Shown: piece by piece, positions 35,541 to 48,369 of the stretch
Position numbering within the stretch: the stretch's first letter is position 1
Layout: every line of letters begins with the position of its first letter
Source of the DNA: Octopus vulgaris
Lineage: Eukaryota
Length of the DNA stretch: 64,000 bases
Direction: 5' to 3'
Assembly (NCBI GenBank): GCA_951406725.2
Contig: OX597819.1
Coordinates: 88,970,001 to 89,034,000, forward strand
Program-made: the position numbers and the translations under genes
Notes under the pieces: generated by a model
What the model was told of the DNA's origin: nothing
Seen by the model: the letters and a program-made list of their open reading frames with translations, nothing else
Database searches by the model: none

Positions 35541-37089
35541 ATGATGATGGTGGTGGTGATGATTTCTCACGAACTAGATAAGCATTTAGGAAAAGGAAGA
35601 ATTAATATTCAATTCATTGACCCAATAAATGCTAAGTACTTATATTTTCAGCCTAGTTGAAATTTGAACTTAAAACAAGAACAGCAAGCTATGGAACAAA
35701 ATGACACCAGCAGTTAATAATCTAACACACAACAAATGCCATTACTTTAAATCTAAAAGGATTAAAAGAAATGATAAATTATGACACCGATGCTTTTCCC
35801 AGGGGAATTGGTTAAGTTACATAAGTGAACTGGAAGGATTCCTACTGAGAATCTAAACTGTGTCACAGATTTAGTTTGTTGAAAACTTACTGCTTTCTAA
35901 TAACTGTAACATTCATATCATAAACAGAAGTTGTCTTCATTGAGATTACAGAGGAAGGTATAAAAGGAATTTCTAGTGCTGGGCAATAATTGTAAGTATC
36001 ATACCATAAACAGAAGTGCCTTTATTGAAATTACAGAGGTAGGTATAGCAGGAAGAAGTATATGTGTGTTTATAAGTAAACGGTGGCTGACAGGTTAGAG
36101 GCAAACAGGAAACGGTATCCACAAGCATAAATAATGGTACAGATGGAACAAACAATCAAGTTGTCTATAAACAATCTAAAGTCTGGTTGAAATGCATGAA
36201 AGGACACACAAAAAGTAGTATAGTTGATGCAATAAATTGTTGAAATTAAGCAGCGATAATAAACTGTATCTGACTGAATCAAAAACTTAATTAGCCCTAT
36301 CTTAAAACAAGAAAATATATGATGATGATCATCATCATTTTATCAGATACTTTTCCATGCTTGCACAGGTCATATAAAGTTTATATTGGCAAATTGTCTA
36401 TGGCCAGATGCCTTTCCTGTCACCAACACTCACCTATTTCCAAGTAAGGTAGTATTTGTCCATGGCCAAACATATTTCATGGAAGACTAAAAATAAACAA
36501 CATCGCTTACAATATGATGTTTGTTTGCAACTATTATGTGCTGTCAAAACAAGGATACATGCACACACACGCACACGTGCACACACACACACACACACAA
36601 AATGGGCTCCTTCCAGTTTCTGTTTACCATCTCCACTCACATGACTGATCAGCCCAAAAAGACACTTACCAAAGGTGCTACCTTAGATATACAAAGAAAA
36701 GCAGAAAATTTTTTAAACTATCTGTGATGCAACTCATATCAAAGATTCAAACAGTTTTGAAACTTTAGGAATCATGGTTCAAATGCTTTACTCTCATTGG
36801 TTTCAGTTGTTAACCAAAAGGTCCTATAAACAAAGATAACCCTATGAAAAATATATCAACCAGAAACTTCTATGTAGAAATATTCTCTGTCAGGCAGGAT
36901 TGGAAATATTTTGTTTTGCAAACCAAGCGGAATAAAAGAGTGAAAACATGATCATACTAGGCAACAGAAAGAGCATTTTTTTCTCTCTCCTTCCCTTTTT
37001 TCTTCAATTTGATGTTTTTCATTTTGGAAATATATATACCTTACATGAACCTTCTACTTACTATCAAGCTATTATGATATATTTTTTCA

Positions 37090-38930
37090 AGTTGTAAGGA
37101 ATAATATATCAAAATGTGGTTTCTGTGTTCAAACCTGATTGCAATTGGTAATCAGTCAACATGGACCAATACACAGATTTAATCATTACATTATCTTTGA
37201 AAATGTTTTAACCACATAAATAGGCTATGCCAAATGTTATAATGCCAAGCAACAAATTTAAAAGAAGAACATCCTTCGTCTCAGACATATTTGTAAAAGT
37301 CAATCAAGTTTTTCCTTCTTTTGAACTGGTTTTCCAACATATCAGTAGACCGCAGGCCAATAACTTCTTGTTTAAAATCTAACAGAAGTTCCTCAATAAT
37401 GCAATCAAATGTATTTTGAAAGATTTAAAATTCTTTTACATTTTCATTCTGACCTAAAGAAAAACTACACAAAAAAATAAAATAAAGTTGAAACTAACTT
37501 CAGACTAGTAAGAATTATCTTGAGCAATTTTTGAAAGGAAATTAAAAATTTGCTTCATAGTTGTATTTTTTTCATAACAGTAATTGTAGATGAAGTTATT
37601 CACCTTTGCTGGGAATGAAAAAGCAAGGGTTAACTTAATGTTGGAAAGCTTTCACAGCAGAGTATATCTTATATAAGTTCTGAATTGTTTTGTATCTAAG
37701 ATTTAAGTTGTTGAGATTATGTCGTTATGGTAGCTCGGAATGACATTTTCCACAATCATTCACCATTGAGATTGGCTGAGAAAAAATATTTCTCATTAAA
37801 AGAAAAAAAAATATGTTTAATGTTAACTTCAATCTGAAGATCAAAAAATTAGAGATAACTTCACCACAGCTAAACCATATTACAACGGAATGTAGCATGG
37901 CACATCATAATATTCAACTTTTATTTCTTCACAAATTTTTTCAAAACTGGCAATAACTGAGTACATTCAATCAAATAAAATTCCTTGTTGATACAACTGG
38001 TTACATCACACATGAAATAATTAAATGCTTTCCATAAAGTGTCTGCTGATAAAAAGATGCTGTAAAACACTACAAGAACTAAAAGTGTAGACATACCTCA
38101 CTGTCGCAAGCTTTGTAAATTTGTTAAATACAATCTTTTTCTATGCATTTTTTTTATTTTTACCCCCACGATCAGTTATTATAACTTTGATATGTTTCCA
38201 GACCAAATTATATTAGTCAAATGCTTTCTCCACTTTCTCTGAAAATATTTTCACCAGTAAGTTCCTTGATGCCTGCTGCTCACCGAAGCTAGTTCTTCCG
38301 TCACTTCAAAGTTATTTATTAATCCCCCAAATGAACAAAAGCAGCACTGAATTGTCAAACGCATCTGTTGATTCATCAAGAACCAGACAAAGCCACTGGA
38401 CATCTTGTGTTTTATTGTTTAATTAGCACAGGATGTTGTCTCCTGTGTCTTTGACTCTCCCAGATACTGCTTTTTGCAGAAAGACTAATATTCTGGAATA
38501 AATCTTACCACCTACTCACCCACTGAACATACTTCTGTTGTTGCTATCATATATGGTTTAATTAATTCACCATCAGTATATTGTTTTCTTTTCTTAACTA
38601 ACAAATAAGCCACTCCAAACAAGCTTTAGTTACAGGTTCATTATTAGCACTTATACTAGTAAAAAACAACTGTTTTAAAATACTTTGCTTCAAGCCTTCA
38701 TGTTTTTAATGATATAGCTTCCCTGCTAGATGAGAAGAGTGAGATGACAGCTTTATTTTGTAATGCTTATGTATATTATATTCCTTTAACACTACAATAG
38801 ATTCACTGCATGTTACATACAATATTACTTTTCCCTCTTATTTCCTTTTTTCTTTTTCAGTCATAAAATAATTCTATCTTTCAATCTTCTTTCAAGATGC
38901 ATTATTCAGAGTAAATATTTTACCTCTTGT
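37090..38930 (-). pseudogene. Decayed hAT transposase (GTF2IRD2/SPIN/Buster-type)
   Basis: Minus-strand peptides in the expected order: CSESIVVLKEYNIHKHY (BED-finger region), LCLVLDESTDAFDNSVLLLFIWG..FEVTEELAS, TGENIF, IWFSCGEV (cf. VRWLSRGKV), YSAVKAFQ, FGIAYLC (cf. FGSTYLCE). Many stops and frameshifts. Confidence 0.88.
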
Positions 38931-39479
38931 GGTATCATGAAGGAATGAATAAATGATATATATATATATATATATATACATATATATACTATCATTATTA
39001 TCATCATCATTTTAACATTCACTTTTCCACTTACACGTATTAGACAAAAATTCACTGAGGCAGATTCTTACAACCACATGCCCTTCCTGTTGCCTACCCT
39101 CACCTGTTTCCAAGCAAGGTAATATTTCTCCTTAGCCAGACATGGCTTTGTGATGGATTGGAAACAGACAAACACAAACATACAATGCGCTTTCAAAAGT
39201 AGTGAAATATAGGTTGAAAATGGAAAATACAGAGAAATATAACAGCTAATAAAACTAATAAAAATAAGATTTATAAGAAAATATAAAGTATGGAATGCCA
39301 TCATACATATTTATGTGTTTATAAAGCAAAATGGTGAGAGAGTGTTGTAGAAAACAGTGTTGTCTAGGCATGTCACCTGACAAAAAGTCAGCAAATGTGT
39401 TTTAAGAGAGTTGAAAATGTGAACAAACAAACATCCCATTTAGTTATGCATTGCTTTCAAAACTACAAATGAATAATGG

Positions 39480-39810
39480 CTGGCTCCTCAACCGCATGGT
39501 TCCATGTTCAGTCCCACCTTGGCAGGTGTCTTCTACTTATAGCCTTGAGCTGCTCAAAGCCTTGTGAATCGATTTGGTAGATGGAAACTGAAAGGAGCCC
39601 ATCATATGTGTTTGTCCACCACCACTATTTGACAACTGGTGTTGGTGTGTTTATGTCCCTGTAACTTAGCACTTAGGCAAAATATACCAATAGAATAAGT
39701 ACCAGGCTTTACATAAAACAATAAGCACTGGGGTCAATTCATTCAACTGTAATTCTTCAAGGTGGTGCCCCAGTATGGTCGCAGTCTTGTGAAAGTAAAA
39801 GATAAAAAAA
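39480..39810 (+). mobile_element. SINE family A, diverged
   Basis: Head and tail matches. Confidence 0.8.
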
Positions 39811-39964
39811 CTATAAGTCTCTTCTGAACGCTCCTTATAAAAACCAATGAAAAACAAAAACAGCATCTGTTATATAATGAAAGTACCATTATACATTTAA
39901 TGATGTAAAAATTGATATGTGCTATGTATAACACAACAGGTAATGAAGGGTTAAAACATTTTTA

Positions 39965-40195
39965 GTTAACAATTTAGCATTCACTTTATTCTCTCAAAAG
40001 TAATGCTTATTTATTCACATTGTTTTGAATTATAAATGCATTATTTTGTAGCTTTGAGATCATGATGAGATAACTGTTAATTTTTTAGAATGATATTGTA
40101 GGGTTGGTATGTGGGGCTGATGTAGCTAGTTTGAACATAAAACAGTTAGAATATTTTTGGCTGGATATAACTCGTTGAAATGCTAAAGGGTTGAA
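39965..40195 (+). mobile_element. piggyBac-like MITE
   Basis: Colinear with 854-1064; ends TGCTAAAGGGTTGA. Confidence 0.75.
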
Positions 40196-40574
40196 CCTGA
40201 AGAGATTTAAGAAAAATGTGATATACAGCAACAAAAATATTTAACCTACATTTCTAATTTAGCAAAAGCTTTATCAAGGCCAAAAATAATTAAAAAAAAG
40301 AAAGAAATTACATAAATATGATAAATAGCATAAACCTGAAAAGGATTTTCAAGGCTCTTTTTGATGATATGCAAATCTAAAATCCCTTTGAAACAAAACA
40401 AAAAAAGTTATACTGGAGAGGGAAGAATTTGTGTAGCCAGCAGAAAACAATTTAAAACCTTTAATCTTTTCTAAATAGAAAACGTGTTCAAAAGAACATA
40501 TACCCCAGTAACATAGCAAGGGTGATAAGGATGTTTCAGTAGCATGTGCCATGTTCCTTGACTGATAAACCCGA

Positions 40575-40792
40575 AGAGGTGCTGAAAAGTTCTCCATTTT
40601 AAGGGTGTTGTGAAAGGCCTGGTTGGAGGCCCAACCTTCCAAGTTCTTTTACAGGGCTTAGAAAAACTGAAGGACTGCTGCAATAAGTGTGTGAATCTGA
40701 AAGGGGAGAATACGTTGAGTAAAATAATAATTAACTTATCTTCCTATATTTTCTTTTACCCAAAGCCAGGAACTTTACAACCCCCACCCTTA
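40575..40792 (+). mobile_element. Mariner-derived MITE
   Basis: Same TIRs and LQGLEKLKDCCNKCVNLKGE peptide as other copies. Confidence 0.85.
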
Positions 40793-41864
40793 TAATGTTT
40801 TTTTTTTTTGACAAATAAATGAATTAAGATTATTAGTATGTCAAGTTGTAAAGATGAAATGTTCAACTAAATAAGGTATTGAAAGAAGATGAGTTAGCAA
40901 TTATTTTTCGGTTATCCTTTTTATTATGATATTTATCTCAAATATCTCAGATCAAATAAAGTGCAGATCTATGCTTTCAACACTGAAACAGCCTATTGTC
41001 AATGTTTCAAAACACACAAATACACACATAAAACAAAAGGATTTAAGCCTCAAGATAAAACAATTTAATATAAATTGTAAATCTATGAATTTGTGAAATT
41101 AAAAAGTCATTATTTTCTTGAGCACAGATTCTCACAGGTTGCTATGCACTTTCAATTGATCCTTGTTAATAAGGTTCCCAGTCCCTGCTCTCTGTAATCA
41201 ATAGATATTCTAGAAATAGCAGTCAAATCGCCATCAAAGCATAAAAAAGGAAGGACACTGCAGTCTAAGTAAGATACACAATTCATTAAAAAGCAAAAAA
41301 AAAAAACAAAGCATTAAAACTGAAAAGACCACACTGTCACAGTTGTGTCTTTGCTCATGAGCATGAGCTGGGGGCGAGATAAAAACAATCACAACTGTGA
41401 AGAAAAGATACCAAATCTTTTCAGAATTCTTGCTTCATGCAAGAAATTACTGTCCTGTATAGAGGAACCAATTTTCATCTGTTTATACCTTTTGAAATCA
41501 GGCCACTTAAAACCACGGAGGATTGTATGATACAAAAGCTAAAATATGCAGTAGGAAATTACTTTGATCCTTTTGCTGTGGAAATCAAATATAACCACTC
41601 AAAATTTCATTACTCTTAACTAGAGAAAAATAGTTTTATATACCAATCTATGATCAGTTGAGGAATGTCACGTTTGCAAGTATTTTCTGCTGTCAAGTTT
41701 ATTGAGGCAATGTGACTCAACAAACTTAAGAATACCACCAATTTATTCTTTTATTCCCCTCATTTAACACAATTACTGAAATAACCATAAAATTTTAATT
41801 TGCTGTTAAAGGGTTAATAATGCGTTCTTTATTTATAAAAAAGTTACTTTAATGATGCGAGCTT

Positions 41865-42243
41865 TATCTTTTATCTTTTACTTGTTTCAGCCATTTGACT
41901 GTGGCCATGCTGGGGCACTATCTTGAAAGGTTTTACTGGAATAAATCAACCCCAGGATTTTTTTTAAAGCCTAGTACTTATTCTATCAGTTCTTTTGCTA
42001 AACTGCTAAGCTACAGGGATGTAAATAGACCAACACCAATTGTCAAGCAATGGCAAGTGACAAACACAAACATACACACATGACAAGCTTCTTTCAGTTT
42101 CCGTCTACTAATTCTACTCACAAGGCTTTGATCAGCGCAAGGATATAGTAGAAGGCACTTTCTCAAGGCGCCACACAGTGAGACTGAACCCAGAATCACA
42201 TGTTTGGGAAGCAAGCTTCTTACCACACAGCCACACCTGCACC
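41865..42243 (-). mobile_element. SINE family A full-length copy
   Basis: Colinear with other copies. Confidence 0.88.
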
Positions 42244-42564
42244 TTATTTACAAAAAAAAAAAGAAAAAATTCTTAGAAATATAAAATACTTAGTAACAAC
42301 CAATGTTGTATACTTTTTTTCTTTGGATGCCACCAAATATCTTTAAAAAAAATTGTGAGATACTTTTGCTCCTATATCTTGCTGCCCTCAACTTCTGAAG
42401 TAGTGGTAGGGATACCATCATGATATACGCGTCTAGGGTACCTAAATCTGGCAAAAGTTTAATATTTAACTTTAAACATATAATTTTATGAGACACCTTT
42501 GTTGTGTTCTAAACACCATCGAGAAAGGTTAAATACTACACTCAATCTTCAAAATCAAATTCGA

Positions 42565-43100
42565 TGACTGGCGTCCGTGCTAGCGGGGTGCAAAGAGCAC
42601 CATACGAGTGTGATCATTGACAGGGCTGCTAACTAGCTTCCGTGCCAGTGGCACTTAAAAGGCATCATTCAAGTGTGATCATTACCAGCGTCACCTTACT
42701 GGCACTCAAGCCCCATGCTAGTAGGGTATTAAGAGCACCATCTGAGTGTGATTGTTGCCAGAGCGGTTTTTTGGCCTCCGTGCTGGTGGCACATAAATGA
42801 CACCATCTGAATGTGATCGCTACCAGCATCACCTTACTGGCACCTGTGCCATTGGCATGTGTAAAAAGGTTCGAGCAAGATCGTTGCCAGTACTGCTTGA
42901 CTGGCCCCGTGCCGGTGGCACGTAAAAGCACTCACTACATTCTCGGAGTGGTTGGTGCTAGGAAAGGTATCCAGCTGTAGAAACTCTGCCAGATCAAGAC
43001 TGGAGCCTGGTGCAGCCATCTGGTTCGCCAGCCCTCAGTCAAATCGTCCAACCTATGCTAGCATGGAAAGCGGACATTAAACGATGATGATGATGATGAT
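42565..43100 (+). mobile_element. Family D repeat with internal tandem units and (GAT)n tail
   Basis: Repeated GAGTGTGATCATT..CCAG..CTGGC units; 3' part near-identical to 48610-48890. Confidence 0.85.
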
Positions 43101-43797
43101 GAAGCCTTCTATTCAAAAGGATTTTTCAACCCAATATTTATATGCTATCACGTGCTTCAAGATCCATTGTTTCCCAAAAAGAAATATTTCAGGTTTTCTT
43201 GAAAGTTTATAAAATTCATATGACATCAATATACAATTGTTACCAGTAAGAATAAAGTTTCTAAAATGAATAGAGAAATTCAAAAGATTGATTTGCTCCA
43301 TTAGTAGAACACTCATCATATCTATAGGTTAAAGTCCCACGGGTAACCGTCAACTTTTTTTTTAATCCAAAAAGGGAATTTTTCAACCCCATTTTTACAT
43401 GCAATTGTTTACAGCTTTACATACTTTGAGATCCACAGTTCCAAAATAGATTGTCATATTTTCTCAAAAGATAATAAAATTCATGCATCACCAAAAGAAA
43501 ATATATAGATGGATAGATAGACAGATAATTCATGCATTTAGGTTGTTTGTATATTTTGTTAGAAACAGTCACAAAAATGGTTACACAAAGAAAATCAAAA
43601 GACAAGCACCAATTTTATGAACTTTCATAAATAGAGAAAACAATTTATTTTAAGTGATATAAATGTATTATTAAAGAAAAAAAAAATTCGGATTATTTTT
43701 GTGCAGAAGAAGCATGCAAATTACTAAGTATGCGGTATAAATGGAAAAAAAATAAATCACTTTGTGGTTACAGTCATACTGAAAAAAAATTACCTAC

Positions 43798-43932
43798 TGC
43801 AATGTTTCTCGTCATTCTTGTTGGCACAATCGTAATCTTTATCGCACACCAAAGCTACTGGAATGCATGTACATTTGCTATCACCACAACTAAACATACT
43901 CTCCGAACACTGACAGTCGGTGGCAGTGAGAA
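43798..43932 (-). CDS. LRP4: Internal coding exon encoding an LDL-receptor class A module, probably exon 2 (first LDLa repeat) of an LRP4 ortholog
   Basis: Acceptor ctttcattttctttctcttacag|TTCTC, donor TGCA|gtaggt; 135 nt, phase 1-1. Peptide LTATDCQCSESMFSCGDSKCTCIPVALVCDKDYDCANKNDEKHC. The extra CxC and CTCIP cysteines match my recollection of vertebrate LRP4 repeat 1 (ECAC..[30 protein letters not shown]). The LDLa call is near-certain; the LRP4 assignment is somewhat less so. Confidence 0.85.
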
Positions 43933-44089
43933 CTGTAAGAGAAAGAAAATGAAAGTAAGTACAAACAAAATGCAAGCGAATTAATACAAATATATTTGTG
44001 TGTGTAAAACAAACATGGTGCCCCAGCATGGCCACAGCTCGTGAGCTGAAACTAGATGAAATAAAAAATATATATATGTGTGTGTGTTA

Positions 44090-44445
44090 TTTTTTACTTG
44101 TTTCGGTCATTTGACCATGGCCATGCTGGAACACTGCTCTCAATGGTTTCGAAGAACAAATTGATCCTAGTATTTATTTTGAATCTGCTATGAGTCCAAT
44201 GAGTCTCTTCTGACAAACTCCTTAATTATGAGGATATTAACAAATCAGCAGCAGCTGTCAAGCAATGGTGTAGGACTAACACACACACACACACAACAAG
44301 CTTCCACACAGTTTCTGCCATACTCACAAGGCTCTGATCAGCCTGGAGCTATAGTAGAAAACATTTGCCCAAAGTACACTGCACACTGGAATTGAACTTG
44401 AAACCACACGGTTGCAAAGCAAGGTTTTTAACCATACAGCCATTC
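44090..44445 (-). mobile_element. SINE family A, diverged
   Basis: Tail and head matches. Confidence 0.8.
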
Positions 44446-45251
44446 CTTCATTGATTTGTTTCATTTAACAACTGTTCTATCATGTTAACATGGCTTAGAT
44501 AGGAGTAAATTTGATGGTATCCCAAAGAACTACACAGAGCTTACAGTCAATTACTCCAAGGGAAGGCACACTCAGCATATATACTCTGCCTACAGGGACA
44601 GAATCAGAGAAATATCTCTTAACTTGGAACATTTTCATCAAGGTCCTTATCCTGAGTGCAAAACTGTTGATTTCGTCCCTACAAGAAACTGTGCATAGTC
44701 CAACAACCAGTTATGTTCCTTAGTAAGGAAATCAAACTATCATAGTTCTAACATCAGTAGAACTCACCATCAACTAATTTTAAGCCATTATCTGTTAATG
44801 TCATCCTACAAAAAGTAACTGAAATTTATATTGCATTGGACATTCTAATGAAAATAAGGAAGCTATTTCTTATGCTACCATTACCTGCCATCTAGCAGCT
44901 ATTGACATTTGTTAAGATACTGATTCCACCACATGCTTCAAACAAGCTAATGAGAATGAGCCTCAGTCTTCTGCCAATGTCACTTAACCTTATTTAGAAG
45001 CCATGACTGCCTTACCACTCAATATTAAGCATCCAAACAATTAGACAAGCTTTTAGAATTTATGGAACTAAATAATGCAATGCTAAGTAAGGTTTTAATA
45101 TAATTGTTTAAACTCTCCACATGTATTAAGTACATATACCTCACTCTCTCCCTCTCTTTCTCTCTGCACTCACAAATATTAACGATGTTCCTCCTTAAAA
45201 CTAATAAAATTCATTAACAAAGATCAAGCTCAAACACAGTTGTGTTATCTA

Positions 45252-45297
<46 letters not shown>

Positions 45298-46104
45298 CAT
45301 ATATATATATAGGCATACACATGCACATACACACACACGAGTGTGCATGTATGTGAAACAGCAACAGTAAAACTAGATTTACATTTTCACAGAAAGCTAT
45401 TTAATAGAAAAAGAAATTTTTTTTTTTTTTTTTTTGGAGTTATGTACATTCATTATGGGTTCTTCATTATCTCCATGATAAAATAACATTGGTTAGTGAG
45501 TGGCAAATGGCTACATGTGAACAAAAGTCAAAGAACCATCCGAAAAACAAGTCATCGATATATTCAATTACAATTAGAATTATATGCAGTTAATCTATTT
45601 CGTATTTGTTCAATGTTCTAATATTACAGTTGCATTCACATATTTCAATCTGTGTAATTTTTCAGCAATCCAATTTTGAAATTTAAACTTAAAGGAGAAT
45701 TGTAATTGAGAAATCTGATACATCAAGTATTATACTTTGGTAGAATTCAATTCAAATAGATGTTATTGCTGCAAGAGTGTGGCTGCTACAGAAATCAGAG
45801 CGCTTTACAGAGCGAATGAATAAAATTATGAATATCCTCATCACTGTTTACTGTCCACTTTCCCATGCTTGCATAGGTCAGATGGAATTTCTTGTGGCTG
45901 ATTCTTCTATGGCCAGATATCCTTACTGTCACCAACTATCGCTTGTTCTTAAGTAGAGTTATATTTCACATGGCTAGAAATGCTTTTGTCAGAAGGCTGG
46001 AAACGAACATCACTTGTATGACAGTGATACTCATTTACAACTATCAAGACAAGGGAATGCACGCACACACACACACATAAAAATTCTATATATTTACAAT
46101 AATA

Positions 46105-46298
46105 ATGATAATAATAATTTTTCTTCTTTTTTTTTACTATTTGTCATTGTTAATATTTCCTCTGATCTGACATGAGTTTTGGCTAAATTATTATCATTAT
46201 TATTATTATTAATATCACTATTATTACCATCATTATTCTTATTTCCATTTATTATTAAAGCTGTGTGCTAATGATTCTGCCAGCTTGCTGCCTTAACC

Positions 46299-46335
<37 letters not shown>

Positions 46336-46525
46336 ATAAAAATGTAGCTCAAGAAGACAACAAATGAACATATGGAGGAAAACATACACACATACACACA
46401 CACAGAGTGGACATAGAGCTGCTCAATCCCTCATCAGTTATCAAGCAAATATCATTGCAATTTTGACACATATATATTTATATACACACACACATTCCAC
46501 AGTAAAGCAGGTTATAGATATGAAA
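46105..46525. repeat. Left arm of an about 420-bp inverted duplication
   Basis: Reverse complement of 48940-49365, e.g. GAGTGGACATAGAGCTGCTCAATCCCTCATCAGTTATCAAGC vs GCTTGATAACTGATGAGGGATTGAGCAGCTCTATGTCCACTC. Confidence 0.93.
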
Positions 46526-48369
46526 AAAAAAAGTTATACAGGATACAGTAAAGTAAAAAGAGATGTAGTTATTCATGAAGTAAGGATGTTATACTACCCA
46601 GAGCTTGTGACAACCCAATCAAAGCAAATATCATTGCAAAGGTGACAAACCCATGTACAAACCACATATCACCTGGCGAGACTATCTGTGGTTCATATTT
46701 ATACTACCATTAATGCCAAGGTCACAATTTCTAATGCTATCTGAAGGAATTCTCACAAGCAATAATGTCTTCACTTAAAAAAATCTCATCTATTTTCTCA
46801 CATCTCTCTAGAAGCTACAAAATATGGTCACATGCTTAGCAAACTAAGAATTGCAATCTAGCAGTGATGAACAGGCAGAAGAGTCTAGCATGATGGCAAA
46901 AAAATTTTCTTGAAGTATTTATTCAGACTTGTCCCTCTATGATCTGAGTTCAAATCTCAAGAGGGTCAGGCCTTTGCATTTCATTCCATGGGATGACAGA
47001 ATAGATATAAATTAGGAAGTGAGATGAATTGGACAAACTATGCATTCCACTAGCTTTTCAAAGAATAAAAAGAAGATCCATATTTAAGCAAGATAATATG
47101 GCTAAGACAATAGAACATCAGTTTCATCTCTGTATATTTCCAAGTTGAAATTCCACTGAAGTCTGCTATATTTTTATTCTTCCTGGGGCCCAAGAAAATA
47201 AGCATCTGTCACTTTGTATGTGTATGAACATGCACAAACACACTCAAACCGCTCTCCCTCTTTATGCACACACACACACACACTCTCATTCATTCATTCA
47301 CACAAGCTTCCTTGTGTGAATGTTAAAGGCATTCCAGCCATGGACATCTCATCTATTTTAAGGTAATAGGGTGTAATATGAGGAAAATTTGGTTGCCATT
47401 TTGTAGCATGTGAAGCAACCAAGTAGAGGCTGACTCATTCATTGACTTAGGTGAATGCAGTGAAGTTAGTATAGTGATTGTGTATAGTGACTGTGTGTGT
47501 GAAGTATATGCCTGTTTATTATGTGTGTGTGTGTGTGTGTGTGTGCGTGTGTGTAAGAGAGAGAGAGGGAGAGAGAGGCACACACACAGAGCATTTGTAT
47601 GCATGTGCATTTCAAGTAAACTGAAATATAACCAAAGAAAATAATAATAAAGATAAATAAACGATCTTCAAGCGCAAAAGGTCATTAGTTTCCAAAATCA
47701 CAAATAATTAAAGTAATTAAATTCAGCTGTGAGCAAAAAAAAAAAAAACTGGATTCACCTTCTTTCAAATGCATCTTCCAAGTTAAGTCATGCTGACAGG
47801 TTAGAAATTAGAATCTTCACAGCTAACAAGAACAATTAGTGCAGTGCCAAAATGTTTACCTTCTAGCTAAAGCATAATATTTTCTTTTCTTTTCCGTTTT
47901 CTTTTTCAAAGCAAGTCTTTTAATTTAACATTTTCTCGTTTGTAAGGATTAATCCAGCTTTAATACCCACCCCATTATGGAAGTCCGAAGAGTAATTAAT
48001 TTACATCTTCCAGCAAAAACAAAAGAGTCAATGATTAACTCTTCAAGAGTGTCATTAGGGGTTTTGTACTAATATCTTCAATTCTAATACAATTTGATTT
48101 CCTATTTTCATTAAGTCTCATAAACCATTAGGCTGTTAAATCACAGTTAAACACCTCGTTGTTTTCCTGTACTGAGTTTTAAAAAAGTCAGTGATTGTAG
48201 TGGAAGAATTTGAACTCATTCATACACAGTACCAGACCAATTATCAAGCAAGCTTAGGACTGGAAATGTCCTGGATTTCTGGATTTTCTAGTTTTCTGGA
48301 GATAATCTAACCCTTTAGCCTTCAGATTACTCTGTCAAGTGTAACACTCATTTATCTTTTATTTTTTAA

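Noticed and set aside
1-43700. Further LRP4 LDLa, EGF or YWTD exons downstream on the minus strand
   Set aside because: None recognised by eye or in the ORF track. Short exons under 60 codons could have been missed.
43790-44035. 81-aa ORF as a standalone gene
   Set aside because: Only 43798-43932 is exonic, bounded by canonical splice sites; the rest is intron and SINE tail.
44490-44960. Possible very old LINE ORF2 fragment
   Set aside because: Only vague peptide resemblance; cannot be supported by eye.
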